DNA of 64,000 nt from Thermodesulfobacteriota bacterium (GTDB taxonomy: Bacteria; Desulfobacterota; Desulfobulbia; Desulfobulbales; Desulfurivibrionaceae), in contig JBMONS010000035.1 of assembly GCA_049323635.1 (NCBI GenBank), positions 2,744 through 66,743 of the forward strand, written 5' to 3'. How positions within the stretch are numbered: the first letter of the stretch is position 1; each line of letters opens with the position of its first letter. Positions 19,602-28,902 of the stretch are shown piece by piece. Below the pieces are notes generated by a model. That model searched no databases, had not been told where the DNA came from, and saw only the letters and a list, made by a program, of their open reading frames with translations. The position numbers and the translations under genes are program-made.

Positions 19602-21674
19602 TCAACCCCGCCGCGCCGACTCGATAAGCCCCCGCACCGCGCGGGTGAACTGGGGCAGGGGGAAGGGCTTCTGCATCATCGCCGTATTGGGCTGATCCCG
19701 GATCAACTCCTGGGAAGAGACCTCGAAAGAGTAACCGCTCATATAGAGGATCGGCAACCCAGGCGCCCGCTCCCGGATGGCCTGGCCCAGCGCCCTTCCT
19801 CCCATGCCGGGCATGATCAGATCGGTGATCAGCAGGTCGATACGACGCAGCTCCCGCTCATACACCGCCATGCCATCCTGGCCATTGGTGGCGGTCAGGA
19901 CCGAATATCCCGCCTCCTCCAGGGTTTCCCGCAGAATGTTCAACACGGTTTCATCATCCTCCACCAGCAGGACAACGCCGCTTCCCTGGTGAATATCCAC
20001 CGATGGCGCGCCCCCGCCCGCCTCCCCCGCCTGCTGCTCATTGCGGGGCAGGAAGACCGTGAAACAGCTGCCATGCCCCAGCTCCGACTCCACCACCACA
20101 TGGCCGCCATGCTGGGCCACGATGCCATGCACCGTGGCCAGCCCCAGGCCGGTGCCCTTGCCGGTCTCCTTGGTGGTGAAAAAGGGGTCGAAGATCATCC
20201 GGACCTTTTCCGGCTCAATCCCCTGCCCCTGATCGCGTACCGACAACACCACGAAATCGCCCGTCACCTCCTGGGCGTCGACATCGTACTGCGTATGGGG
20301 CGCCACGCTCCGGTTCTCGGTGGCGATGACCAATGCGCCCCCCTCCCCCATGGCGTCGCGAGCATTGACCACCAGGTTCAACAGCACCTGCTCCAGCTGG
20401 GTACGATCGGCAAGCACCGGCCACACCGTCTCTGTCAGCGCCAGGGAAAGGCTGATGTCTTCCCGGATCAGCCGGCGCAGCATCTTGGTCAACTCCCGCA
20501 CCAGCTCGTTGAGGTCAACCCGCTGGACCACCATCTCCTGCTTGCGGCAGAAGGCGAGGATGCGGCGGATCAGGTCGGCGGCCCGCTGGCCGCAATTGGC
20601 GATGGCGTCGAAGTATTGGCGGAGCGGGTGGTCCTGGTCGGTCTTTGCCTGGCCCAGGCCGCAGTAGCCGATGATCGGGGTGAGGATGTTGTTGAGGTCA
20701 TGGGCGATGCCGCCGGCCAGGGTGCCCAGGGCCTCGAGCTTCTGGCTCTGGCGGTACTGTTCCTCCAGGCGCCGCCGCTCCTCCTCGGCCTGCTTGCGGG
20801 CGGTTATGTCCCGGTCGATGCCGCGAAACCCGGCCACTTGCCCCATGGGATCCAAGACTGGCGCGCCACTGGACTCCACAAAGATCAACCGCCCCGTCTT
20901 GGTGAGGCAACGCCGCTCCACCGACTGGCAGCGGCTGGCCGAGGCCACGCAGGAGGCGAAAATCTGGCGGAAATGATCCCGCTCCCCTGGCTCGGAAAGC
21001 ACCTCGAAAAAGGTTTTCCCCAAGAGATCTTCCGGTTCATGGCCATACAACTCCCGGCACACCGGGGAACAGTAGGTTAAGCGGCCCTCGCGGTCCACCT
21101 CCCACACCCAGTCGCTGGTGGTTTCCACCAGGGCCCGGAAGCGCTGCTCCGAAGCAAGCAGCTCCTGGCGCTGTTCTTCCGCCTGGCGCGCCAACAACCA
21201 CTTGTCACTGAGCGACAGGGCAAGCTGCTTGAGCTCCTCCGGGTCGAAGGGCTTGCGGAAAAAGAGCAGGCCTGCCGATGACCCTACCGCCCGCACGATC
21301 TCTTCCCGGCTCCGGTCGGAGTATGCGGTAACAATGACCAGCTCCAGCCGCGGATCACTGGCCCGCAGCCGCACCGCGGTTTCCATGCCGTCCCAGCCGG
21401 GAGGCATCCGCACATCTACAAAGGCCAGGGCATAAGGCTCACCGCGGTCGGCGGCGGCCACTGCCATGTTAAAACCCTCCTCGCCCTGCCGGGCAAAGGA
21501 AAGAATGAACTCCGGTTCACGGTCCTCGGCGGCATCCCCCCCTAGCAGCCTGCCCATGGCCTCGGAGGCGGACCCTGTCTCCGCCTCTTCCCCCAGCACC
21601 ATGTCGTATGCCTTGAGCACGTCCGGATCGTCATCGATCACCAGTATCCGCCGCTGCGGCGTGGCTGCGGTCAT
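19602..21674 (-). CDS. hybrid sensor histidine kinase/response regulator (REC-PAS-HisKA-HATPase-REC)
   Basis: N-terminal REC (ILVIDDDPDVL, FVDVRMPPGWDG), PAS (DWVWEVDREGRLTY), H-box GGIAHDLNNILT, N/G boxes (NLVVNARDAM, DQGQGI, GTGLGLA), and C-terminal REC (VLLVEDDE, LLITDLIMPGMGG). Confidence 0.9.
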   Translation of the reverse strand: MTAATPQRRILVIDDDPDVLKAYDMVLGEEAETGSASEAMGRLLGGDAAEDREPEFILSFARQGEEGFNMAVAAADRGEPYALAFVDVRMPPGWDGMETAVRLRASDPRLELVIVTAYSDRSREEIVRAVGSSAGLLFFRKPFDPEELKQLALSLSDKWLLARQAEEQRQELLASEQRFRALVETTSDWVWEVDREGRLTYCSPVCRELYGHEPEDLLGKTFFEVLSEPGERDHFRQIFASCVASASRCQSVERRCLTKTGRLIFVESSGAPVLDPMGQVAGFRGIDRDITARKQAEEERRRLEEQYRQSQKLEALGTLAGGIAHDLNNILTPIIGYCGLGQAKTDQDHPLRQYFDAIANCGQRAADLIRRILAFCRKQEMVVQRVDLNELVRELTKMLRRLIREDISLSLALTETVWPVLADRTQLEQVLLNLVVNARDAMGEGGALVIATENRSVAPHTQYDVDAQEVTGDFVVLSVRDQGQGIEPEKVRMIFDPFFTTKETGKGTGLGLATVHGIVAQHGGHVVVESELGHGSCFTVFLPRNEQQAGEAGGGAPSVDIHQGSGVVLLVEDDETVLNILRETLEEAGYSVLTATNGQDGMAVYERELRRIDLLITDLIMPGMGGRALGQAIRERAPGLPILYMSGYSFEVSSQELIRDQPNTAMMQKPFPLPQFTRAVRGLIESARRG

Positions 21675-23461
21675 CCCTCACCCCCCTCGAATTGCCCGCC
21701 GTCCGTGAACCCGGCCGGCAGCCGCACCACGAACTCGGCACCTTGGCCCGGCCCGTCGCTCTTCGCCGCGATAGAGCCGTGGTTGGCGATCAGATAATTG
21801 GCGCAGGAGTGCAGGCCGAACCCGGACCCACGCTCCTTGGTGGAGTACCCAAAGGAAAAGAAACGGGCCTGTTGCTCCTCGGTGAAGCCGCAGCCGGTGT
21901 CCCGCACCGCGATTCGCACCATCGGATTTTCTCCCGGCTCAAGCGCCGTCTCCACCGACAACTCCCGTGGTCTTTCTCCGGCCATGCCATCCATGGCCTC
22001 GTAGCCGTTCTTGAGCAGGTTGACCAGCACCTGCAACAGCCGCGCCTCTTCCACCCGAACCGGCGGGGTTTCGCCAAGCTTCAAATTGAGCACGATGCCC
22101 CGTTTGGCCACCGCCTCAGCCACCATCTTCACCGCATCGCGCACCAGCCGGTTGATATCGACCAGCTCCGGATTGTCCATCAGCCGGGCATAGCGCATCT
22201 GCAGGCCGATGATATTCTCGATGTGGCCGTGCTTGCTGGCGATGTTGTCCAACTCCCGCACCGCCCGCTCAAACTCCTCGGCGATGGAGCCGGGCAGATG
22301 GCGGATGATCATGGCCAACCGCCGCCTCTCCTCGTCGCTCAACGCACGGCCGCCTTCCAGGTGCTCGGCAAGCGGCGCCAACGATGGCGCCAGCCGGTCG
22401 CGCAACGGGCTGTGCCGCAGGTGGCCAAGCAGCAGGGAGGCGCTCACCTTGGCCGGGGTGATGGCGTTGCCGATATTGTGGAGCACCCCCACCGCCATCT
22501 CGGCCATACCCGCCTCATGGGCCTGCTTGAGCAGGATCTCCTGGGCGGCCTCCAGTTCCCGGGTGCGCTCGGCCACCTTCTCCTCCAGGGAACGGGAATA
22601 GCCGTCCAGCTCCGCCATGGTCTGCCGGAGCCGGCCAGTCATGGCGTTGAACGAGTCGGCCAGGCCGGCGAACTCCTCGCACACCATGCCTTCAATCCCG
22701 ATGACATGGGAAAGATCGCCGCCCTCCACCCGCCGCACCCCGTCGTGCAGGGCGCCGGTCCCCCGCACCAGCTCCCGTGTGAGCAACACCGCTGCGAAGA
22801 GACCCGCGCCGAAGAAGAGCACCATCACCCCGGCCAGATAGAAGCGGAGGTGGCGCATCTGGGTTGCCCATTCCTCTCTGGCCTGCCCGACTTCCTTCTC
22901 CAGGGAGGCCAGCGAATAGCCGCACCGGACCATCCCCCACAGGCTGTCGCCGCTATAGACCGGAAAGACCGCCTCCATCACCGCCCCGCCGCTGGCTGGC
23001 ACGTCCTCGGGCCAGAAGTACTCCACCTGCATCGCCGTGCCGGGCCGCATTGCCGGGAACCGCGCTCCCATCAAAGCGGCGGCCCGCTTGCTTGCTGGAT
23101 CGTCCATCCTGAGGCCGACCTGGCCGCTGTCGCTGTGGGCGGCCACCCGCCGCTCCTGATCCATGACCAGGCAGTAGGCGATATCAGGATCGTCGCTGGC
23201 CACCTCGGCGATGAGCCCCTGCAGAAAGGTCAGATCCAGACCGGCCACCGCCTCGCCTGCGCTCACCGCGGTGTGGCGGACCAGGGAGGCGCCACGGCTG
23301 GCCAGCGACTGACGGATCATGGCGATGTTGCGGCCCAACTGCGCGTCCCGAAACTGCATGGTCTCCCGCGTCACCAGCAGCCCGAAGGCGGGGAAGAGCA
23401 CCATGAGCAGCAGCAGATTCATGCCCAGCAGATAGGCGCGGATGGATGGTTGTTTTCGCAT
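21671..23461 (-). CDS. membrane sensor histidine kinase with a periplasmic domain and HAMP
   Basis: Two TM helices flank a ~200-aa periplasmic region. It has a HAMP-like segment, the H-region VGVLHNIGNAIT, and a HATPase domain (LLKNGYEAM, DTGCGF, GSGFGLH). The start was chosen at MRKQPS (23461). There is an ATGA overlap with the downstream kinase. Confidence 0.85.
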   Translation of the reverse strand: MRKQPSIRAYLLGMNLLLLMVLFPAFGLLVTRETMQFRDAQLGRNIAMIRQSLASRGASLVRHTAVSAGEAVAGLDLTFLQGLIAEVASDDPDIAYCLVMDQERRVAAHSDSGQVGLRMDDPASKRAAALMGARFPAMRPGTAMQVEYFWPEDVPASGGAVMEAVFPVYSGDSLWGMVRCGYSLASLEKEVGQAREEWATQMRHLRFYLAGVMVLFFGAGLFAAVLLTRELVRGTGALHDGVRRVEGGDLSHVIGIEGMVCEEFAGLADSFNAMTGRLRQTMAELDGYSRSLEEKVAERTRELEAAQEILLKQAHEAGMAEMAVGVLHNIGNAITPAKVSASLLLGHLRHSPLRDRLAPSLAPLAEHLEGGRALSDEERRRLAMIIRHLPGSIAEEFERAVRELDNIASKHGHIENIIGLQMRYARLMDNPELVDINRLVRDAVKMVAEAVAKRGIVLNLKLGETPPVRVEEARLLQVLVNLLKNGYEAMDGMAGERPRELSVETALEPGENPMVRIAVRDTGCGFTEEQQARFFSFGYSTKERGSGFGLHSCANYLIANHGSIAAKSDGPGQGAEFVVRLPAGFTDGGQFEGGEG

Positions 23462-23677
23462 GGATTGTCTTTGCACAGCCCTCCGCGACAAAATGCAAGC
23501 CCCAGCCCTGATGGCAGCCGGATCCATATCAAGAGTAGTTGCGAGGCAGGGGAAAAGACAAGAAAAAAGAGGAGAAGCAAACCGGCGGGAGATGATCAAT
23601 CACATCTCCCCCGGCTGTTTTTTTTGCGGATCCGGGCACCAGGGGCTCCGCCGCCGATGGTACCCGGATGGGATTGC

Positions 23678-25777
23678 CTAGAATTTATAACGGAGTTCCC
23701 CCCAGAGGGCTCGGCCAGCAATGGGATAATCGTAGGGGATGTACGCGCCGCCCGGAGCGGCAGCCGCGTAGGGGCTGGGGATGCGGCCATCCTCATCAAA
23801 AATATTCATGACTCCCATGGCCGCCTCCCAATGCCCAGCGATGTTCTTCCGCCGCACCAGCAGGTTGACCACCTCGTAGTCGGCGATGTCGCCGCGCGGA
23901 TCACCCTTGGCGCGGTGGCGGTCGCCGATCCAATAGAGCTGGCCGTCCAGGGACCAGTCCGGGAGGAAGGCCCAACTCGGATTCAGGTAGAACTGCATCT
24001 CCGGTGCATCCGCCGCCACCGCATCGGTCTTCTTGTTCTCGGAACGCTGATAAGCGAAGTTGCTACGCAGCCGGAAGTCGCGGAGCAGGCGCCAATCCAT
24101 CTCCACCTCGAAGCCCCGGCCCTCCTGCTCGCCGTAGTTGGTGTACATCTGGGGCAAACTGGGGCCGACAAACTCGATGAGTTCGGTAGCCTGATAGTTG
24201 AACAGGTTGAAGATCAAGCGGAGATCCTTGGTGGGCTGGTAGTCAAAAGCCAACTCGATGGTCTCGATCTCTTCCGGCGCAAGATTAGGATTCCCGATTA
24301 CCACCGGGTTGTTCTTGACATACTGTTCGCCAAAGGAAGGAGCGCGAAAGGCTTGGCCATACATGAGCTTGGTGGTCAGATCATAGCGGGTCTCCCAGAC
24401 CAACGCGGCCCTGGGATTGACGGTGGAACCGAAGTCGGAATACTCGTCATACCGCGCACCGGCGGTGAGAGTCCATGCAGGCGCTAGCTGCCATTCATCC
24501 TGTACCAAGCCGTAGATCAGGGTGCGGCTTGCTTCGTCAATAAAAATAGCGTTAGGAGCGGTCACATGCACCATGGGGCCAAACTGGTTGACCCCGGCTG
24601 CCGGACCGAAGTTCTTGTACTGATCGCGGCCAAAGTTGTAGGACTTGGCGCCAGCACCGAGGCGAAGCTGATGCCCTGCAAATCCCTTGTACACGCCGCT
24701 CGCCTCCATACCGCCATCCTGGGAGGTTACAATGGGTTCTCCCAACTGGTTACGAAAACTGGGAGGGAAAAACTGAATAAACGTATCTTGGTCGATATAA
24801 GAGTAATAAACGCGGCTTTCCAATTCCCAATTCTTGACCAGCTTATCGTTGTGGTAGGTCAAATCGGCAAGCATCGACTTAGTATCCATATCGTTGCCAT
24901 AGGTGATAGCCTGGGAGCCGCCAGGACCAAGACTGGACTCCTGCAAGGTTCCATAGAGATGGAGGGTCCAGTTTTCCTTGCGCACGTTGAGATGGCTGTC
25001 CAACTGTTCGTTCCAGGTGTCCATGTGGCCTGGCGCGTTGGAAAGCGCACCGGCACCCACGGCGTACAGGAAATCCCGCTCGATGATCCGATCCAGATCT
25101 CCGCCGGTCTTGCGGCGCTCCACCCCAAAGGCCACGTCGAAGCCGTTGTACTGACCGCCATGCTGCGCCCAGATATCCGAGGTGTCAAAGGAGCCGTAGC
25201 GGGCTCCGGCCTGGGTGCCGTTGATCTCGAAGTTGTCCTTGGTGATGACGTTAACCGTACCAGCAAAGGCATCCGCGCCGTGCAAGGCCGAGCCCGGCCC
25301 CCGCACCACCTCCACCCGCGAGATCATGGCCACCGGCATCTGAAAATTCATAAAACGGCTGCCCTGATAGTTGGAGGTGAATGGGACGCCGTTGATCAAC
25401 AGAAGCACCTGGGGATTTTGGCTCGTATGCACCCCGCGGATCGACCAGATGGAGGAGAAATACGCGGTCCCAGACGGCTCCACATGCAACCCGGGCACCG
25501 ACTCCAGCACCTCGTCCAGGGTGGTGGCGCCCATGGACTTGATGTCCTCGGCGGTTATGACCGAGGCCACCGAGGGGGCCAGATGCACCGGCTTGAGGGA
25601 GCCGGTGGCGGTCAGGAGCAGCCGGTCAGCGCGGTAGACGTCCTCCTCCTGCGGTCCCTGCCCGAACATCTCCTGGAAGGATTTCGCCTCGTTCGAGACG
25701 GGCTCGGCAGCCATGCCCAGGGACGGGCCAGAAAAAAAGAACAATGCCGCCATGGTCGCCAGTCGTTTCCTACGCAT
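23678..25777 (-). CDS. TonB-dependent outer-membrane receptor
   Basis: 699 aa with a signal peptide. The plug region has DEVLESVPGLHV / IRGV, followed by a long beta-barrel that ends in ELRYKF. Confidence 0.9.
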   Translation of the reverse strand: MRRKRLATMAALFFFSGPSLGMAAEPVSNEAKSFQEMFGQGPQEEDVYRADRLLLTATGSLKPVHLAPSVASVITAEDIKSMGATTLDEVLESVPGLHVEPSGTAYFSSIWSIRGVHTSQNPQVLLLINGVPFTSNYQGSRFMNFQMPVAMISRVEVVRGPGSALHGADAFAGTVNVITKDNFEINGTQAGARYGSFDTSDIWAQHGGQYNGFDVAFGVERRKTGGDLDRIIERDFLYAVGAGALSNAPGHMDTWNEQLDSHLNVRKENWTLHLYGTLQESSLGPGGSQAITYGNDMDTKSMLADLTYHNDKLVKNWELESRVYYSYIDQDTFIQFFPPSFRNQLGEPIVTSQDGGMEASGVYKGFAGHQLRLGAGAKSYNFGRDQYKNFGPAAGVNQFGPMVHVTAPNAIFIDEASRTLIYGLVQDEWQLAPAWTLTAGARYDEYSDFGSTVNPRAALVWETRYDLTTKLMYGQAFRAPSFGEQYVKNNPVVIGNPNLAPEEIETIELAFDYQPTKDLRLIFNLFNYQATELIEFVGPSLPQMYTNYGEQEGRGFEVEMDWRLLRDFRLRSNFAYQRSENKKTDAVAADAPEMQFYLNPSWAFLPDWSLDGQLYWIGDRHRAKGDPRGDIADYEVVNLLVRRKNIAGHWEAAMGVMNIFDEDGRIPSPYAAAAPGGAYIPYDYPIAGRALWGELRYKF

Positions 25778-26009
25778 GCTGCCCCCGAAAGAAAGAATAT
25801 GGAGTTGAGGGAATTCGTTCTCCAGAAAAAATACGGATGCTGTGACCAGCCTAAAAAAAATTCAGAGAATAGGTCAAGATGATTGTCGCACCCTATCCAA
25901 CAGAACACCCTGAATAGCCAACAAAATCTCAACCATTTCCTTTGCTGTGGGGAAACGGAAACACGCGTTACAGGGAGAGACTCCCAATGGGGGGCAATCA
26001 GGAAGGGCG

Positions 26010-26972
26010 TTACCTGTATCCGATGACGGTGGTGGCCATGTCCAGGGCCTGAGCACTGATGGCAAGCCCGATGCGCTCGGCGACGCCCAGGTTGATGGAA
26101 ACCTGGGTGTCCAGCGGGTCCATCACCCCGATCTCGGCGGGACGCTGGCCATGCAGCAGGATGTTCCTGGCCACGGCGCCGGCCTGGGCGCCGATGTTGC
26201 GGTTGTCCGGGTTGACGGAAAGGGCCAGCCCCAGCTTGGTGATGTTGGGCGACTGGCCGACGCAAAGCAGCTTCTCCCGCATGCACCGCTCCTCCAGCCA
26301 ATCCATGTTCTCGACGGTGTAGAGCACCGGATCGTTGATCACCCAGAAGGCATCCACGCTCGGGGCGATCTGTTTGAAGGCGCGGGCGAAGTCGCCGGAG
26401 CGCTCAATGGAGTCCACCACCAGCTCAAGCCCCAGCAGGGCGGCGGCCTTGCGGGCCTGCTCCACCAGCTGGCGCGAGCCGGGGCCGTGGATCAGGCCGA
26501 TGCGGCGCACCTTGGGCGAAAAGATGGTCATGTTGACAAACTGGGTGCCCGGCGCCATCTCCGCGGCAATGCCGCACATGTTGGCGCTGCCGGAGAGCAG
26601 GTCGTAGCGCTGCCAGTTGAGCACCATGGCGAAGAGCACCGGAATCTCCTGGCGCTCCTTGGTCCACAGCTTGGCGGCGTAGGCGGCCTTGGCCCCCAGC
26701 GCCAGGATCAGCGACGGCTTTTGGTCCAGCAGCCGCTCACGCAGGGAGGGATCCTTGGCGATGTCGCCCTGGAGGTTGAACTCCCGCACCTCCGAATCCA
26801 CCTCCTGCCGGAAAGACTCCAGTGGCTGGCGATACGCCTCCTCGCTGTCGGAGAGCAGCACCACAACCGGGCCCCTGGCCGTGGCAGCGCGCACCTCTGG
26901 CGTTGCGGCGCACAGGCCGAAGAGCAGAGCCAGCAGCGCGAGGCTTATGTCAAGGAATCGTTTGCCACGCAT
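26010..26972 (-). CDS. periplasmic ABC_sub_bind-type (PF04392-like) substrate-binding protein
   Basis: Signal peptide, then the pattern VVVLLSDSEEAY...PSLILALGAKAAYAAK...IPVLFAMV typical of this family. No cognate permease or ATPase lies nearby. Confidence 0.65.
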   Translation of the reverse strand: MRGKRFLDISLALLALLFGLCAATPEVRAATARGPVVVLLSDSEEAYRQPLESFRQEVDSEVREFNLQGDIAKDPSLRERLLDQKPSLILALGAKAAYAAKLWTKERQEIPVLFAMVLNWQRYDLLSGSANMCGIAAEMAPGTQFVNMTIFSPKVRRIGLIHGPGSRQLVEQARKAAALLGLELVVDSIERSGDFARAFKQIAPSVDAFWVINDPVLYTVENMDWLEERCMREKLLCVGQSPNITKLGLALSVNPDNRNIGAQAGAVARNILLHGQRPAEIGVMDPLDTQVSINLGVAERIGLAISAQALDMATTVIGYR

Positions 26973-27783
26973 CGATCTGCAGCATCTCCATGATGGTTGC
27001 CGTGTTCTTGTCCTGCCTGCCCGCCAAAAAGATCTTTTTCACGCGCTCGACCTCGGCGGCGGACACCGCGCCCTGGGCATAGCACAGCACCGGCAGGGGA
27101 ATGGGATCGGAGACCGCCAGGGTCTTGACCGTCGCCAGGATGTTGGGATTGATCCGCCCCAGCTGCTCCAGGTTGTCCTGGCTGACCAAGGCGGCGCTCA
27201 CCTGCCGCAGGGTCAGGGCAAAAAGCGCGTCGGAATCCTTGGCCGTGGTGAGGAATTTCAGCTTGCCGCCATCCAGGCCATGGGGCCGGAAAACCGCCTG
27301 GTCGAGCATGGCCATGCCCGCTGGCCCCATGGGGGTCATGGCAATGGTGGTGCTGGGGATGTCCCTGATGGTGAACGCCGAATCCGCCGCCACCAGCAAC
27401 GCCTTCCGGTAGGTGGTGACGCCCTGGCGCATCGGCGCGAGAAAAGGCTTGAAGCGCGCTTGGTTGCCGTCCTGCCGCAGATACCACTCGGGCAGGAAGA
27501 GGAAGCCGGGAGGATCGCCCTGCATCTTGGAATCGAAATCCCGCAGCCGGGCAAAGGGCTGGAAGGAGAGGGTGAGCCCCTCGGCGGAGAGGGCCGAATC
27601 CATGACCTGCTTGAGGCGGGAGAGGTTGCTCTGGCTGGAATCGGGATTGAAGAAGTAGAAAAGACCGGGCGAGGTCGCCATGGCGCCCCCTGGGCCGGGC
27701 AGGGAAAGCAACAGCATTCCGGCCAGGAGCAGGAGGACGATGCTTGCTTTGGCTGGCCGGGGAAGGTTCATGCCGTGGTTCAC
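26950..27783 (-). CDS. periplasmic substrate-binding protein (PhnD/PBP2-like)
   Basis: Signal peptide (IVLLLLAGMLLLSLPGPGGA). The overall pattern resembles phosphonate-bd type binding proteins, but family assignment by eye is tentative. It overlaps the downstream gene start by 23 nt. Confidence 0.5.
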   Translation of the reverse strand: MNHGMNLPRPAKASIVLLLLAGMLLLSLPGPGGAMATSPGLFYFFNPDSSQSNLSRLKQVMDSALSAEGLTLSFQPFARLRDFDSKMQGDPPGFLFLPEWYLRQDGNQARFKPFLAPMRQGVTTYRKALLVAADSAFTIRDIPSTTIAMTPMGPAGMAMLDQAVFRPHGLDGGKLKFLTTAKDSDALFALTLRQVSAALVSQDNLEQLGRINPNILATVKTLAVSDPIPLPVLCYAQGAVSAAEVERVKKIFLAGRQDKNTATIMEMLQIDAWQTIP

Positions 27784-27851
27784 GCTATCCAGGGAAACGG
27801 GCTTTTCGCGCCGCCACGCACCCGGCGCGCGAAAAGGGCAACAGGCGTGGA

Positions 27852-28706
27852 CTATAACGGAAAGACACTCACCGCCTCAACATATTTCTCCAGAAACTCG
27901 TCGATGATCAGCCGCATGTTCTCCTCGAAACCCGGGACCCGGGGCAGCTCTTCCCGGATGTTTTCATAGGCCAGCACGTTGAAGAAGGAGTCCGCCGGAT
28001 CGTCCGGATCGATCTCGACCAGATGAATCAACTCGTTGGCCAGCCGGACGATCCGCGCCCCGAGTCGGCCGGCGCGCGGGTCCGCGCCGCCATGGTGCAA
28101 CCCCACCGGCACGGTGACGCTCTCCGGCACCCCCCATTTGACGAGCAGCGCCATGCCCACCTCGGCATGGTCGGTGTGGAGCAGCCGGCGCTCCACCATC
28201 ACCAGGCTCCGTTCATCCTCCTCGCCGAGGTTGTAGGCCTCCAGCCGCAGGGGATGTTCGAGCACCACCTTGCCCACATCATGGAGCAGGCCGGCGGTAT
28301 AGATGGCGGCGGTATCGAGATTCTTGCAGTGCCGGGCGATAAGGCTGGCCAACATGGCCACTCCCAGGCTGTGGCGCCACAGTTCGCCTCGGCCCAGGGC
28401 ATAGGCGCGGTGCGAGCCCCCGAGCAGCCCCACCGAGGCGCCGCTGATGGCGAGAATCTTCACCGCCTCCAGCCCGAGGCGCACCACGATGTCCTTGATG
28501 GAGGTGATCTTCTGCCGGTAGCCGAAGTAGGCGGAGTTGGCCAGTTGCAGCATGTTGGCGGTGAGGCCCGGATCCTGCTCGATCCGTTCGGCCAGCCGGC
28601 TGATGGAGCAGTCCGCTTCGTTGGCCACGGAAAGGATGTCCAGCGCCACTTCGGGGCAGGGCGCGAGTTTATCCACGTCCTTGATGTATTCCTGGGCTAT
28701 GTCCAT
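27852..28706 (-). CDS. HDOD domain signalling protein
   Basis: HDOD signature IEQDPGLTANMLQLANSAYFGYRQKITSIKDIVVRLGLEAV, plus a degenerate HD region (LLHDVGKVVL). Confidence 0.8.
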   Translation of the reverse strand: MDIAQEYIKDVDKLAPCPEVALDILSVANEADCSISRLAERIEQDPGLTANMLQLANSAYFGYRQKITSIKDIVVRLGLEAVKILAISGASVGLLGGSHRAYALGRGELWRHSLGVAMLASLIARHCKNLDTAAIYTAGLLHDVGKVVLEHPLRLEAYNLGEEDERSLVMVERRLLHTDHAEVGMALLVKWGVPESVTVPVGLHHGGADPRAGRLGARIVRLANELIHLVEIDPDDPADSFFNVLAYENIREELPRVPGFEENMRLIIDEFLEKYVEAVSVFPL

Positions 28707-28786
28707 GCAGCCTCCTTCTGAGCCTCATTCATGGGTATTATCCCACACCTTTCCCCCCCTTGTAAACAACCCCTTTGGCCACCGCC

Positions 28787-28814
28787 TTGACAGCCGAACC
28801 GGGATGCTTATCTT
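28787..28814 (+). promoter_or_regulatory. candidate promoter of htpG
   Basis: TTGACA (28787-28792), a 16-nt spacer, then TATCTT (28809-28814), about 90 nt upstream of the htpG ATG. I could not find a convincing sigma-32 CCCCAT box. Confidence 0.3.
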
Positions 28815-28902
28815 CATTCCGCCCCGCCGGAAAACCGCTGCGCGGGGATCGCGGCAATCAATCCCATTACCACCCGGCATACGATTCACACGAGGAGAGA
28901 CC

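Noticed and set aside
25778-26009. Possible cobalamin or other riboswitch upstream of the TonB-dependent receptor
   Set aside because: Reading the minus strand, I found no B12 box and no other riboswitch core I recognise. It is more likely just an internal promoter region.
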